IMG/VR virus record: IMGVR_UViG_3300010429_002123
Source: a virus
Lineage: Duplodnaviria > Caudoviricetes
Length of the DNA stretch: 64,000 nucleotides
Direction: 5' to 3' (one strand)
Below, in pieces: positions 41,393 to 50,998 of this stretch. The notes beneath the pieces are model-generated. The model made no database searches. It worked only from the letters and a program-made list of their open reading frames with translations, and was not told the DNA's origin. The first letter of the stretch is position 1; every line of letters starts with the position of its first letter. The position numbers were made by a program, and so were the translations under genes.

Positions 41393-44053
41393 ATGAGCAG
41401 AAAAAAAGTATCCCTGGAGGAAACTCTGGCCGCTATTAACAAGAAGTTTGGAAAAGGAACTATAATGCCTGTGAGTGAAGCAAAAAGCCTGAATTACATC
41501 AGAATTCCCACAGGTATTTTTAGTTTAGACGTTGCTGTAGGGGCTGGTTATGGTCTTCCGAGGGGAAGAGTTTCTCTTATAATAGGAGAAAAGTCCACAG
41601 GGAAAACGACTATATGCATGAAGACGATTGCTACCTGGCAGAAATACTGTAGATTCTGCAATACGGAGATAAAAGACCGTATAATAGAAATAGAACCGAA
41701 GGAAGAAATAAAACCCGAAGTAAAAGAAGAGGTAAAACCTGCAGTAAAGGGAGGAAAAAACACCCCTGAACCGGTAAAAGGGAAAAAACCTCCCGAGCCA
41801 CCAAAAGGAAAGAAACCTCCCGAACCTCCGAAAGAAGAGAAAAAGAAAGTTCAAAAAATTGTCACTAAGTGTGAATGTGGTAAAAACAAACGTATGGTCT
41901 GTGTGTATCTCGACGGAGAGGGAACTTATGACCCTCTATGGGCAAGTCATCATGGCGTAGACAATACCTCAGTAATAATGTTACAGCCTGAGTTTGCGGA
42001 ACAGTGTGCTGACGTTGTAGAAGAGCTGATACGCACTGGGGATGTTGACTTAATCATCGTTGACAGTATCGCAGCCCTCGTACCTGCCTCTGAAATAGAA
42101 GCTAGTGCAGAAGACCAGCAAATGGGAACCCACGCGAAAATGGTGAATAGAATGTGCCTGGAAGGAAACCAAAGGGTAATAAACGAGCTTACTGGAGAAC
42201 TTATCCGAGTTAAAGACTTAAAGGCTGGAGTTACGCTTACTTCCGTGGGAGAAGACAATAAAATAAGAAAGAACGTGGTTACAGAAGTGTTTAAAACAGG
42301 TAGAAAAGACTGCCTGAGGATAAACAACACACTGGTTCTCACAAAAGACCACTTAGTTTTTACAGACTCTGGCTGGGTAGAGGCTGGTAAACTCACCCGT
42401 AATCATCTTATCGCAAGACCAAAAAACCTTCCAGTTTTTACCACAGGAACCTCGGACTTTTTTAATGTGGAAGCCCGTCTCCTCGGTTATGCCCTCTCTG
42501 CCGAAGGTAACCCGGAAGCCTGGAAACGCGGGGGTAAGCACGAAGTAGAAGATAAAAGAAGAGCCATAGAGTTCTTTGGAGAAAGACTTCCTCTTCTGAC
42601 CTTTGAAGACTACAGTCAAATACTTTCTTTAGACCTGGGAAAAGCTCCGCATTTGAGAAGGTATAGAGACTTGTTTATAAAACATAACCTGAGTAAAGAG
42701 ACTCTCGGGATTATTCCTAAGGCCATCTTTGGGGGAGATATAACCCAGATAAAAAACTTTATAGAAGCCATGTGGACAGGAGGAGGTCTGGTCAACCCCA
42801 CAGAAAAAACGTTGACTTACTTAACCGTTTCTGAGACCCTGGCTTATCAGTTAAGACATCTCTTATTAAGGTTTGGAGTATGGGCGTCACTCGGTGTAAG
42901 CGAGTTCTCCTCAAGGTCTTACCCCTATGGGAAAAGATACCTTCTTACCGTAGCGGGTAAACAAAATGTGAAGAGATTTTATGAAGCCTTCTCTCTCTTA
43001 GACGAGAAGCAAGACAGGTTAAAAAGAATAGTAGAAAGATGGAAAAATCAATCTGAATTACCTATTCCCGCACAGGAGCAATGCACTAAAAAAGAGGTGG
43101 AAACCTTAATAGCTCTCTTAAAGAAGAAGAAAATATCTGGAACAGATGTTTGTTGCTTCATAGGTCTTTGCCGGAATGCTTACCCGGAGCACAAGGTCTA
43201 CACCTATGAGATATTAAAAAACCTCGTAGTTAAGTTTGGTCTTCAGGAGTTAATTCCTATGCTTGAATCTGACCTCTGGTACGAGCCTATTATAAATATA
43301 GAAGAATATGGGACTGAAGAGGTCTATGACATTTCCATGAAAAATGAAGAAAACTTCCTGTGCGAAGAGTATGTGGTGCATAACTGCAGGGCTCTCAGTT
43401 CCTCTATGAACAGTCTTGGGATAGAGTGCGAGACAAAACCCCATGTAATTCTGATTAACCAGAAGAGAGACAAGCTGGGCTTTTTTGGAGGTACTACCAT
43501 ACCAGGTGGAAAAGGCCAGTGGTACACAGCAGGCATAATAGTAGACATGAGAACCCCCCATAAAATCGGAGAAAACGGAAAGTTAGACCCAAAACAAGAC
43601 AGCAGTGACTATTACAAGACCGTAGAAACAGTAGGCTCCCTTCATAACTTTGAGGTTGTGAAAAACAAGACTTATATCCCTTTTAAACGTGGGTCTTTCC
43701 GCATCTACGGCCAGACTTGTAATAATGAAAGCCTTTCTGTCAGAAAGGGAGAAATAAACACGGAAGAACAAATATTACGTGTAGGTTTAAATACTGGAGC
43801 TATTTTGCTGAGAGGAACCTCCTATGTATTTCAAGACGTTATCTTTGGGATAGGAAAAGAGAAGGCTCTACAGGCGTTAAAAAGTAACCCGGAGTTACAG
43901 GAGAAAATAAAGGTTGTTATTCTGGAAAATATAAAAAGTGAGCTGGCTTCAAGCAGGGATTTATTTGAGGCTAACCAGGACATGCCCGACGGAATAGACT
44001 CCCTGTCTTTTGAACTTATGTCTGAAGAGCCCACAGAAGACAGTGGAGAGTGA
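41393..44053 (+). CDS. recA: RecA-family recombinase with intein
   Basis: IPTG..SLD.A.G, GEKSTGKTT, VDSIAALVP..E, INQ.R, PGG, KNK. Confidence 0.92.
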   Translation: MSRKKVSLEETLAAINKKFGKGTIMPVSEAKSLNYIRIPTGIFSLDVAVGAGYGLPRGRVSLIIGEKSTGKTTICMKTIATWQKYCRFCNTEIKDRIIEIEPKEEIKPEVKEEVKPAVKGGKNTPEPVKGKKPPEPPKGKKPPEPPKEEKKKVQKIVTKCECGKNKRMVCVYLDGEGTYDPLWASHHGVDNTSVIMLQPEFAEQCADVVEELIRTGDVDLIIVDSIAALVPASEIEASAEDQQMGTHAKMVNRMCLEGNQRVINELTGELIRVKDLKAGVTLTSVGEDNKIRKNVVTEVFKTGRKDCLRINNTLVLTKDHLVFTDSGWVEAGKLTRNHLIARPKNLPVFTTGTSDFFNVEARLLGYALSAEGNPEAWKRGGKHEVEDKRRAIEFFGERLPLLTFEDYSQILSLDLGKAPHLRRYRDLFIKHNLSKETLGIIPKAIFGGDITQIKNFIEAMWTGGGLVNPTEKTLTYLTVSETLAYQLRHLLLRFGVWASLGVSEFSSRSYPYGKRYLLTVAGKQNVKRFYEAFSLLDEKQDRLKRIVERWKNQSELPIPAQEQCTKKEVETLIALLKKKKISGTDVCCFIGLCRNAYPEHKVYTYEILKNLVVKFGLQELIPMLESDLWYEPIINIEEYGTEEVYDISMKNEENFLCEEYVVHNCRALSSSMNSLGIECETKPHVILINQKRDKLGFFGGTTIPGGKGQWYTAGIIVDMRTPHKIGENGKLDPKQDSSDYYKTVETVGSLHNFEVVKNKTYIPFKRGSFRIYGQTCNNESLSVRKGEINTEEQILRVGLNTGAILLRGTSYVFQDVIFGIGKEKALQALKSNPELQEKIKVVILENIKSELASSRDLFEANQDMPDGIDSLSFELMSEEPTEDSGE
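42155..43384 (+). mobile_element. intein in RecA (410 aa, degenerate LAGLIDADG)
   Basis: M|CLEGN...TKDH...VYDI...VVHN|C. Confidence 0.9.
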
Positions 44054-44539
44054 AGGGGGTAACTAAATGGAAATAGTAAACTTTAAACGTGTGAGAATAA
44101 AAGAAGAGGGAAGAGACAAGCCTAAATACATAGGTTTTATTTGTGACTCTTACTTTATCTCATCACGAATAGTGGAAAAACATATGTACCGAGGTGGAGT
44201 AGGAACCATAGAAGAATGCAGAGAAGAAGGTTTGGCAAGCTGGGGATTAGACAGAAAAGTAGCCGAAGGTCTTGAGGTCAATGGTGTGAAAGAAATTCTT
44301 TTAGTCACAGACAAAGGCTACTTTAAAATAGGTGTAGACACTTTTCTTGACGAAAGTTTTTCAAAAACCTTTCATAACTTTCGAGAGCAGTTCTTCGCCC
44401 GAGAAAAGTTTTTCTCAAAAGCAGAGGGGGACGAGACTTCTGAACAGTTTGTAGCTCTGTTTAGACCCGAAAGAAAAGACTTGGAACTTCTCCTTGACCG
44501 TATAAAAGAGCTATCCTTCAGAGGACAGGAGGACTTGTC

Positions 44540-45070
44540 TTGAAAACAGAAGGACAAAAATTGAGTAAAAAGCAGGAGAAGCAAACAGAAAAAGCTCTAA
44601 AAAAACACGGTTTTGTTAACCCTACCAGAACTCCCGGAAGTGGGAACAAATCTTTAAAGGGAGACGTCATTACAGACACACTGATGATAGAGTGTAAAAT
44701 CACGTCTAAAGAGCAGATAGGAATAAAGAGGGATTACATAACGAAACTCATAGAGGAGAGTATAGAAGCAGAAAAAGAGCCTGTTTTTGAGTTCGGCTTT
44801 TCCGGTATTAGTAATTTTGTGGACTTTACATGGATGGCTGTCCCAAAAAGCCGTATGGAAGAGCTTTTTAAAGAAGAAAAGACTACCCCCTTTGTAGTAA
44901 AGGGCAGAGGAACTAAACAGGTATCTATAAAGTATGAGGTGTTAAAAACCCTCCTTACGCAAGCACAGGAGCCATTGTTAGAGTTCACTTTTTCCGGTCT
45001 AGAACCCTGGTGGGCAGTTCCGAGAGAGCAACTATTAAAACTCTTATTCTCAGAAAGGGGGGAGCGGTAA
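44540..45070 (+). CDS. PD-(D/E)XK Holliday-junction-resolvase-like nuclease
   Basis: E...PGSG...GDV...IECK. Confidence 0.75.
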   Translation: MKTEGQKLSKKQEKQTEKALKKHGFVNPTRTPGSGNKSLKGDVITDTLMIECKITSKEQIGIKRDYITKLIEESIEAEKEPVFEFGFSGISNFVDFTWMAVPKSRMEELFKEEKTTPFVVKGRGTKQVSIKYEVLKTLLTQAQEPLLEFTFSGLEPWWAVPREQLLKLLFSERGER

Positions 45071-45557
45071 GTGGAAGACCTCTATGACAACTCCCTCTCT
45101 CTGGGGGAAAAGGTTCTTTACTTCTCTCTGGGAGTAATAACCTGTTGTATATCTGTAAGTATAGTCAAACGGTTGTATAAGGTGACAAAAAAGAGGAAGA
45201 TATATGGGGCTTATCGTTAGAGAAGACCTGGTTCAGGACTTAAAAAACACAGAACAGTTATTGGACAAGACCCTTTCTTTAGCCCGAACGCTTATACATA
45301 AGTATGAACAACCGGGTATGGGGCTGGGGGAAGAACTCCCTTACGAGTTCTGGAACTTGCTCAAAGAAGTAGACTGGACAACGACGTGGTTTCTTGAACA
45401 CGCCTTTGACAAAGAGGAAACCCCTCTTTACACAGACGGCTTACTTCTTTTTGAATCCTGTTGTCTGGGACTGGAAAAACATATGAGAGATACGAAAAAA
45501 CTCTGTGGGATATTTAAGATGATGGCCACACTCTTTCGAGATAAGACCTTAACTATA

Positions 45558-45955
45558 ACATCGACAGAAAGTTAAAATAAGCGACAAATCCAGTCGCAGT
45601 CCTGAAGTTAAGTCTTTTTTAAGACTTTTTGGGACAGGGCTTAGAAAACTTTCAGTTTATAGAAAGTGAGTAATCAAGCCAAACTAACGGGTTTCTAAAG
45701 GAACATGGTTAGATGGAAAGTATGTGGAGACCGTGCACTACATCGACCGGCTTAACGTTTCTAAAGAAACATGGTTAGATGGAAAGCATGGGCAACTTAC
45801 ATTAGTAGCTTCATTGGCAACAAGGTTTCTAAAGAAACATGGTTAGATGGAAAGGTTACTATGTTTCTAAGGAAACATGGTTAGTTGGAAAGATTCGAAA
45901 TAGTCTATATCTACTTTTTTATTGTGTTTTTGAATAAACATGGTTAGTTGGAAAG
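45558..45955 (+). CRISPR. cassette 9: scaffold plus five-repeat array
   Basis: Repeats start at 45691, 45757, 45825, 45863 and 45926; spacers 36, 38, 8 and 33 nt. Confidence 0.93.
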
Positions 45956-46929
45956 TGGTTATATAAAAAGATTAAAGGAGGAAAATTTATGAAAAAGATT
46001 ATGTGTGAAACTTGTAAATTACAGATGGTACCAGACCGGTCTGTATGCTACACGAGTAACCCACCACAGTATGACTATAAGTGCTTTAAGTGTGGGCAGG
46101 TAAAGTTGGTGGCTGACGACCTCCCGTTAGAGGGGGAAGCCCTCTTTAGAAAGATAAACAACTTAGATGAAGGTATCACGCAGTTAAACGAGAGAAAAAG
46201 CGTGTGGCTGTCCGAAACAATGGACGGTATGGGAACTGAAAACTCAATCTTTTTGGAGGATTAACAATGCAACTGATGAATAAACTATGCAAGACATGTG
46301 GGGAAAGAATCATAGGGGTTCGCCCGCAAAACAGTAACCGCATAGATAAGAAGACAGGGAAGTTTACTGACGGAGATTATCCCATGTGGGTATGTCCTAC
46401 CCTGATGGCTCAATGTGCCTGCACGGCAAAAGGAAAGAACCCCGTTGTAGCAGATTCTTATCAGGCACTCTGCAATATAAGAGTAGCTTACGAATTTTCT
46501 GCCCGTAACAAGTCTGTTTGTATGGGCTGTTATTACCCCGAAGATGACTGGGAAATAGTCGAATACGGGAACACTCTCGAAGAACTCGCGGACAAAGTAG
46601 CGAAAAAACTGGTAGAAACAGAGATAGAGATAGAAAATCCAGAACTGTCTAAAGTGAGACTTCTGACTTATGAAGACCAGGAGTTCAAACTGGGTTGGGA
46701 ATCTTTCGCGGAAGTAGAAACGGAACCCTTCATTCAGAGCGTAAAAGAATCAGAAACTTACAAAAACCTTATAGAAGCAAAGAGAGTAGAGGCAGAAAAA
46801 GAAAAAAAGGAAAAAGAAGAGCAGGCAAAAAAAGCTCTGGAAGAACGAGAAAGAGCCGAGTATGCGAGGTTAAAAGCAACATACGAGCTCATAGAAAGAG
46901 AAAATCAGGAAGAATAAAGGAGTAAACTA

Positions 46930-47535
46930 ATGATTGCGGAAACATGCGAGATAATTGTCTTAGAGGGTATAGATGGCTCCGGGAAAACTACACAGGCCAA
47001 ACGGGTAAAAAAAGAGCTGGAAACAAAAGGTTACAGAGTGCACATGATAGCATTCCCCAACGAGGGGACTGATTACGGGTTTAAGCTGAGGTCATGGTTA
47101 CAGGGGGCAAGAAAATTAAGTCCACAAGCCCTGCAGTTACTCTTTGAATTGGATAAATACGTTTCTTTAAGCAATTTTGCTCAGGAGAGCCTTTATTATG
47201 ATATTTTACTGCTTGACCGCTACTGGCTCTCCGGGGTTGTTTACGGAGTAGCAAGGGGGCTTGACCTCGAATGGTGCAGAGCTCTGGTACAATACCTACC
47301 GAAAGAGAGCATGGGTTTTTTATTTGCACTGTCATTGGAGAAAAGCACAAAAAGAGCCCAGTTTGACCGAACAAGTAAAAAGGAGTTACAGGAAAAAGTT
47401 CATGAGTTTTACGCTTCTCTTACTCCCCCGTCCTACATAAGAATAAGTGCAGAGACTGCTGAGATAGAGGAAACAAGTTCTCTAATTGTCGAAAAGATAA
47501 CAGAAAGGTTTCCTTTACAGAGAAGAGCCTTTTGA
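46930..47535 (+). CDS. tmk: thymidylate kinase
   Basis: EGIDGSGKTTQ, FP, LLDRY..S..Y. Confidence 0.9.
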   Translation: MIAETCEIIVLEGIDGSGKTTQAKRVKKELETKGYRVHMIAFPNEGTDYGFKLRSWLQGARKLSPQALQLLFELDKYVSLSNFAQESLYYDILLLDRYWLSGVVYGVARGLDLEWCRALVQYLPKESMGFLFALSLEKSTKRAQFDRTSKKELQEKVHEFYASLTPPSYIRISAETAEIEETSSLIVEKITERFPLQRRAF

Positions 47536-48129
47536 GTAAGTGAGAAAGGATAGACTGATATGAGTAACAAGGAGTCAAAAAACTACACAAGCAGTGGCAG
47601 AATCCCTAAGTGCACTAAACACGACTGCTTAATGATTGTCACCAGAATAAATGTGGCATGGGCGGGTTTTGTTGACTTCAAATGCCCTCTCTGCTCTCAG
47701 GAAAAACACGTTTATATCGAATCCAATAAAGACCCTGAAAGCTACATGTTAAGGCTTTACAACAGACTTGTAAAAAGAGCAAATGCTATAAAAACCATAG
47801 CATTAGAAAGCCCTCTGTGCATCACAGAGAACTTAAATACCCAAAATGCGGAGGAATAGATAACATGCCGAAAACTCTTTCAACAAGACAAATAGAGTGT
47901 CTTATAGCCTACCATTTAGGTATTGTACCCCTTACTATACAAAAAAGATTTGAGGGGGCACAAGAAATCTGTTCAATCGAGGTAGAGGAAAGAGACTTGA
48001 ACTTCTTAGACAAAACTAAGTTAGCCTGGTTTGAAGACGAGTTTTTCAGCCCTGTAAAAATAGAATTTTTTTATCTGAGCCCTGATACCGCTCAGACTTA
48101 AGGCGAAAAAGAAAGGACCGATAAAAAAG

Positions 48130-48633
48130 ATGACGTTAGACGGCTTAGTAAAAAAGCTAGAGAGAAACACAGAAAGAACGTGTATTATCTCTGCTATCAC
48201 TGTTAAATTAAAGTTACTAGAAAACTACCCCAAAGACATTCCTCTTCCTGTGTATAGTGCGGGAAACAGCGGTTTTGACCTGAGGGCTGTAGAGCCCGCA
48301 AAAATCCTCCCTTATGACAGGCGGGTAATAAAAACGGGTCTTGCCGTTGAAATACCTACCGGTTACGAAATACAAATAAGGCCACGTTCGGGTTTGGCTT
48401 TAAAACACGGAATTACAGTTTTGAACACCCCAGGAACTGCCGACGCTTCTTACAGAGGGGAGATACAAGTAATTCTCTTTAATACTTCCCGAGAACCTTT
48501 CCTTGTAAACATAGGTGACCGAATAGCTCAGGGTGTTCTGTCTAAAGTAGAATACCCAAGTTTTGAAATAGTAGAAGAACTTTCTGAAACCAAAAGAGGT
48601 GAGGGGGGTTTTGGCTCTACGGGGCTTTCCTAA
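48130..48633 (+). CDS. dut: trimeric dUTPase
   Basis: GFDL, PRSGLA, GT.D..YRGE, RIAQ, RGEGGFGSTG. Confidence 0.95.
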   Translation: MTLDGLVKKLERNTERTCIISAITVKLKLLENYPKDIPLPVYSAGNSGFDLRAVEPAKILPYDRRVIKTGLAVEIPTGYEIQIRPRSGLALKHGITVLNTPGTADASYRGEIQVILFNTSREPFLVNIGDRIAQGVLSKVEYPSFEIVEELSETKRGEGGFGSTGLS

Positions 48634-48863
48634 GACCAAGATTGTCTCACTATACCGTAAGAAAGAAGGGTGAAAAAACTATGTCTATTACAGAGATAGC
48701 CATAAAGAACCGAAATGAGGCGAAAAACTTTCTCGATAACCTCCACATTAAACACAGAGAGACTCTTGTAAAAGAGGGGGCTCTCCGGGAGAACGAGAAG
48801 TTCTGGGGGTGTGATGAGTGTGGCTGTTATCTAAGAGAATTTCGCCCCGAAGAAAAAACAGAC

Positions 48864-48917
48864 CAGTATACTCAGGATACTCAGGATACTCAGGATACTC
48901 AGTATACTCAGTATACT
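48864..48917 (+). repeat. six 9-bp coding tandem repeats (CAGKATACT)
   Basis: Encodes QYT/QDT x6 in ORF 48642-48992. Confidence 0.85.
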
Positions 48918-49549
48918 GCGGAAAAACACTATATAATTATACCAGAAAACGGAACCAGATTTTTTCACGAGAAAATCGCCTGCTTTATCTGACAGGAAAG
49001 AAGGGTAAGAAATGCCAGCAGACACTCAAAGTTCGGCTACATTAAGTCTGGGTGAGGGGACAGTGAGTTTTAACGGGCGTAGCATAGGCTACATTCAGGG
49101 TGAACTCACTGTGTCTTACCCCCCGTCCCCAAAAAACCGGGTGAGACTAGACTTTACCTGCCACGTGTGTGGGAAGTCTGTAAGGTGTAAGGGAGGACGG
49201 TACGCCCACGAAGGCGAAATAGTTACAACATATTGCCCAAACTGCAAGCGAACAACTCGGGGGAGACTCACCATAGTTTATTTTATGTCCGGGTCACCTC
49301 TGGGTAAGTTAAAAAGCAGTTATTATCTTGCGAAGCTCTCACCTATCGAGGAGAACCTTTCTCAGAAAAGTTCTTGCACGATAGAAGAGATAGAAAGAAC
49401 ATGATTTTTTCTTTATAAATTAGGGTTCTACATCAGGAAAAGAGTTGACTCAACCCCTACCTGTATGTTACAATAAACATGTGATGAAAAGTCACAAGCC
49501 TCTGAAAGAGGCGAGGGATTAGAAGTCCCACATTAAAAGAAGGAGTGAT

Positions 49550-50242
49550 ATGATTATGTCATGGTTGGATGGCAAAAGAGGTTACGACGTAGCCGAAAAA
49601 ATCGAAAAACAAAAGGAAGAACAGAAGGCCAGTTATGTGCCGAGGTTCTGGTTAAAAGAAGGTACAACAACCCAGGTTATCTTCCTTGATGACAACCCCC
49701 CGGTGTTCCCCGAACATCAGCTAAAAATCAACGGAGACTGGAAAAACTGGTTTACATGCTCAACGGTTATAGGGGAAAACTGCTCCCACTGTCAGGCCGA
49801 CGATAAACCCGCTGTTACAGGATTTTATACTATTGTTGACTGCACAAGATGGGAAGACAAGAAAAAGAATGTCCACGTCAATGAGAAGAAAATTCTCGCT
49901 GCGAAGATGACCACACTAAAGAAGCTCAAAAGAGCCAGCCAAAAAGCGAAGGCGAGGGGATTGGCAAATGGTTTGGTCGGGTGTAAGTTTGAAGTGTGCA
50001 GAACCTCACAGGAAGCTCCGAACACAGGAGATGACTGGGAATTCATCGAACAGGTACCCGAAGAGGTTTTAAGAAGCATCGTAGCTAAAGGGGATATAGA
50101 GCCTTACGATTACGACAAACTCCTTAAACCTAAATCTCTTGAGACTATGGCAGAAGCTATAGCCAAAAATGAGAAAGACCGTGTGCCCATAGGAAAAGAA
50201 GAAGCTGAGGCTGTCTTCAAAGATAATGACATAGAATTCTAA
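49550..50242 (+). CDS. gp32-like ssDNA-binding protein
   Basis: RFWLK, H...C...C..C Zn site, acidic-aromatic tail DNDIEF. Confidence 0.7.
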   Translation: MIMSWLDGKRGYDVAEKIEKQKEEQKASYVPRFWLKEGTTTQVIFLDDNPPVFPEHQLKINGDWKNWFTCSTVIGENCSHCQADDKPAVTGFYTIVDCTRWEDKKKNVHVNEKKILAAKMTTLKKLKRASQKAKARGLANGLVGCKFEVCRTSQEAPNTGDDWEFIEQVPEEVLRSIVAKGDIEPYDYDKLLKPKSLETMAEAIAKNEKDRVPIGKEEAEAVFKDNDIEF

Positions 50243-50249
50243 AAGAAAA

Positions 50250-50278
50250 AGAAGCCTGGGAGTTTCCCGGGCTTCTTA
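50250..50278 (+). terminator. intrinsic terminator-like hairpin
   Basis: AAGAAGCCTGGG..CCCGGGCTTCTT. Confidence 0.55.
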
Positions 50279-50998
50279 CCTTGCGGGAGGAAAAGAAAAA
50301 GAGATGAGTCTATATAATAAGTTTGAAGAGATTATTACCCTATTAGAAACAGAAATTGAGTCTTTACGGAAAGAAATACAGGAAAGAGACACTGTTATTC
50401 AGAGACTGAAAGCCCACAAGAACACGTGCCAGAAGTGTGAGTGTAAACTTCTTGAGGAGAAAATAGACTTCCTTTTAAAAGTCTGGGATAAGAGTAACCC
50501 GGAAACAGAAGCATGGAGAAGTTTCTGGAGGGAAAGACAACCCTGGCACCCCTATGAGTCATATGAGGAGTTTAAAAAAGCCTGGGAAGATGAAGAAACC
50601 GGGGAGACACAAGAACCTTCGGAGATTTCTGCGGAGTCCGCCCTAGAAAAAGCGGAGAAACGCTGGGTTCAAATTCGAGAAAACATCGAAAGAGTCTTCG
50701 AAAAAGAAAAGTAGCACTTATAAACTTTGGTAGAATGAAAAACAGACAGTTTCGTGGGCTGTCTGTTTATTGTTGAACTTTTAAACTAATAGTTAACTTT
50801 TTTGTAAGCCTATTCTACCAAAGTTTAGAGGAAAAGTCAAGCCTTTAAGACAGGGTGAGAAAAAGTGTAGTAAAAAATGGCTTGACATACACTCACCCTT
50901 TTTGCTATACTTTAAAAAGAGTTTACCTAACTTAATTTTTACTGGAGAGGGGTTGATTTTTTATTATAATACGTACAGAGCGAGAGCTCGAACAAGTT

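Noticed and set aside
48864-48917. 9-bp repeat as a phase-variation switch
   Set aside because: The unit is in frame, so copy changes alter only peptide length.
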